In this document: piece by piece, positions 62,378 to 64,000 of the stretch | How the letters are laid out: every line of letters starts with the position of its first letter | How positions within the stretch are numbered: position 1 is the stretch's first letter | From: Porticoccaceae bacterium | GTDB lineage: Bacteria > Pseudomonadota > Gammaproteobacteria > Pseudomonadales > Porticoccaceae | Assembly: GCA_018069525.1 (NCBI GenBank) | Contig: JAGPUQ010000024.1 | Coordinates: 13,748 to 77,747 of the forward strand | DNA: 64,000 nucleotides | Reading direction: 5' to 3' | Made by a program: the position numbers and the translations under genes | Notes under the pieces: model-generated | What the model was told of the DNA's origin: nothing | The model's input: the letters and a program-made list of their open reading frames with translations, nothing else | Databases searched by the model: none

Positions 62378-63589
62378 GTGCCCGTGAGATACGACTGGTT
62401 ATCTTTTGCTGGATACTCTAACGTGCTCCCCATGAACAATAGCTACGTCTTGCTCGGTAATTTTTTAGCGCCGGTAAAAAACGGTGAAGTGCTCAATACC
62501 TTAAAAAAAGCGATTACTGAGGAGTCGATCAACTGGGAGAGCTTAGTGCTTCAGGCTAATACCCAGATGTGTACGCCGCTTCTCTTTGCCCGTCTTAAAC
62601 AGGATGACCTGCTGCAATACCTGCCAGAAAATCTGCAGGAATATTTGCGAGTGATCTACGACAGTAATTTGATGCGAAACGAGGCATTGAAAACTGGATT
62701 AGAACCACTCTTGCAAATGTTTGCGGATGAAAATATCGATTCGATACTACTCAAGGGCGCGGCAACCTTTGTGGACGAACTTTATACCGCACCGGGATCG
62801 CGATATATGGGGGATTTGGATATTCTCATACCCGAGGAAAAAATATCCCTCGCCCGCCAATTCTTGATCACTTCGGGCTTTGACGAAATTCACGACCCGT
62901 ATATGGAGTTTTCTGGTCAACCCACTGACGTCCGTCACCACCAGATTCAACGGTATCTGAAACCCGGGACGCCCGTCGCGATTGAGCTGCATTTTAAGCT
63001 TGCCTACGGCCAGGCTGGACGAGTTGTAGAGACTGAGGCGGCCTGGGAGAACGCTGAAAATGTTGTTTTTCGAGGTATAAAGACCAAGGTTTTATCGCCG
63101 ACCTATCGCGTGTTGCATAATGTTATTCACGGATTACTTCCGCATTGTGAATATATAAAGGGAGAGGTATCCCTGCTGCAATTGGCTGAGTTTTCGGCGC
63201 TTGCGGCGCGCTACGGGGAAGAAATTGACGGGCTTGTACCCAAAGTTTTGTGCGCCCGACAAAATCTTAGTAAAGAGTTACGTGGTTACACCGGTCTTGC
63301 TCGAAAATTGATGTTTTTGGAGGCCACCGACTTAGGGAGCGAGGAAATACCGAAATGGCATTTAGACCGCATTGTTAGCGTTGGGGACAGCGGAGCGCAG
63401 CTTGACAATATGGATAAATCTTTTTCTTTAAAGCTTCGACTGTTCACGTACAAAATATATTATTTTATGAAGCTGCCTGGCTGGTTTTGGGATAATGTCA
63501 GTTACGCTGAGGGCGAAGGGGCTTTTTGGAGTCGAATCCGACTGTTGCTCGCTAGATTGTTTAGCTTCAGAAGTTGGAAAAAAATCTGA
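62378..63589 (+). CDS. PF14907-type 'uncharacterised nucleotidyltransferase' family protein
   Basis: ILLKGAATFVDELYTAPGSRYMGDLDILIPEEKISLARQFLITSGF matches the LKG...R...DlDiL signature I associate with NTP_transf_5. The start is GTG 62378 or ATG 62432. Confidence 0.55.
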   Translation: MPVRYDWLSFAGYSNVLPMNNSYVLLGNFLAPVKNGEVLNTLKKAITEESINWESLVLQANTQMCTPLLFARLKQDDLLQYLPENLQEYLRVIYDSNLMRNEALKTGLEPLLQMFADENIDSILLKGAATFVDELYTAPGSRYMGDLDILIPEEKISLARQFLITSGFDEIHDPYMEFSGQPTDVRHHQIQRYLKPGTPVAIELHFKLAYGQAGRVVETEAAWENAENVVFRGIKTKVLSPTYRVLHNVIHGLLPHCEYIKGEVSLLQLAEFSALAARYGEEIDGLVPKVLCARQNLSKELRGYTGLARKLMFLEATDLGSEEIPKWHLDRIVSVGDSGAQLDNMDKSFSLKLRLFTYKIYYFMKLPGWFWDNVSYAEGEGAFWSRIRLLLARLFSFRSWKKI

Positions 63590-63609
63590 GGGTTGATCAT
63601 AGGTAATGA

Positions 63610-64000
63610 TCAAATAGCGATTTGACGACATCTTTCGCTTAACCAATCTTCCATCAAGAATTTCAGGCCCTGGTAAACCGCTCCGGTGCGGATTCTGTCG
63701 CGCTCCAATATTAAATACAGTTGTTTGCTTTGATGTCCGCTACTACTGGCTTTGGTGATCCAGGCGGTGCCCACCGGTTTGTCTTTTGTGCCGCCATCGG
63801 GACCAGCGATGCCGGTAAAGCTGAGTGCGAGATCGGCGTTGAAACGTGTTAATGCCCCCAGGGCCATTTGCTCTGCAGTGGCAGTGTTAAATGGGCCGTC
63901 TAGCTCTAAATCGCTGGCGGAGACATCGAGGAAGTTGGTTTTAACCGCATTGGAGTAGGACACCACGCCACCCAGAAAATACTCGGAAGACCCCGGGCTG
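63610..64000 (-). CDS. CinA-family C-terminal (PncC nicotinamide-nucleotide amidohydrolase) domain, 3' part (start beyond window end)
   Basis: The frame stays open to position 64000. My upstream translation is SPGSSEYFLGGVVSYSNAVK, followed by LSFTGIAGPDGG...PVGTAWI. Confidence 0.75.
   Translation of the reverse strand, partial: SPGSSEYFLGGVVSYSNAVKTNFLDVSASDLELDGPFNTATAEQMALGALTRFNADLALSFTGIAGPDGGTKDKPVGTAWITKASSSGHQSKQLYLILERDRIRTGAVYQGLKFLMEDWLSERCRQIAI

Noticed and set aside
60555-63589. Calling the terminal locus a lasso-peptide gene cluster
   Set aside because: No Asn-synthetase-like cyclase and no transglutaminase-like leader peptidase is present in the window. The putative core lacks the usual Gly/Ala-1 ... 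Asp/Glu-7-9 ring-forming arrangement. Only the tailoring-type enzymes are there.

Overview
This is a 64-kb chromosomal segment from a gammaproteobacterium. The gene order is Pseudomonas/Cellvibrio-like: ubiE-ubiJ-ubiB-hisI-hisE-tatABC, a complete ccmABCDEFGHI operon, and fnr next to a hemN-like gene. I can support about 70 protein genes, one tRNA-Leu(CAG), a few intrinsic terminators and many short tandem repeats.

Housekeeping blocks: rnr, ccm, tat, his, ubi, suhB, msrA, tusA, fnr.

Accessory blocks:
1. A roughly 5-kb glycosyltransferase islet. It is bracketed by a ~215-bp degenerate direct repeat that duplicates the tRNA-Leu/rnr junction.
2. A large oxidative catabolic region. It holds two luciferase-like monooxygenases, four tandem SDR paralogues, a divergent pair of unknown-function paralogues, an LvaA/LvaB-like kinase pair, two Zn-ADHs, a lactonase, and (further on) three tandem acyl-CoA dehydrogenases.
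3. An arsS-type radical-SAM/transferase trio.
4. The most interesting locus (60.4-63.6 kb). A tiny ORF encodes a Tat-type leader plus a 16-residue two-Cys tail. It is followed by a PqqD(RRE)-HPr-kinase-like fusion and a PF14907-type nucleotidyltransferase, with no lasso cyclase or protease. I read this as an uncharacterised peptide-tailoring system.

A second recurring oddity runs through the window: the last (sometimes first) codons of many genes, stop codon included, are reiterated as degenerate 12-24-bp tandem repeats.

All family names are recognised from motifs by eye. No database search was run.
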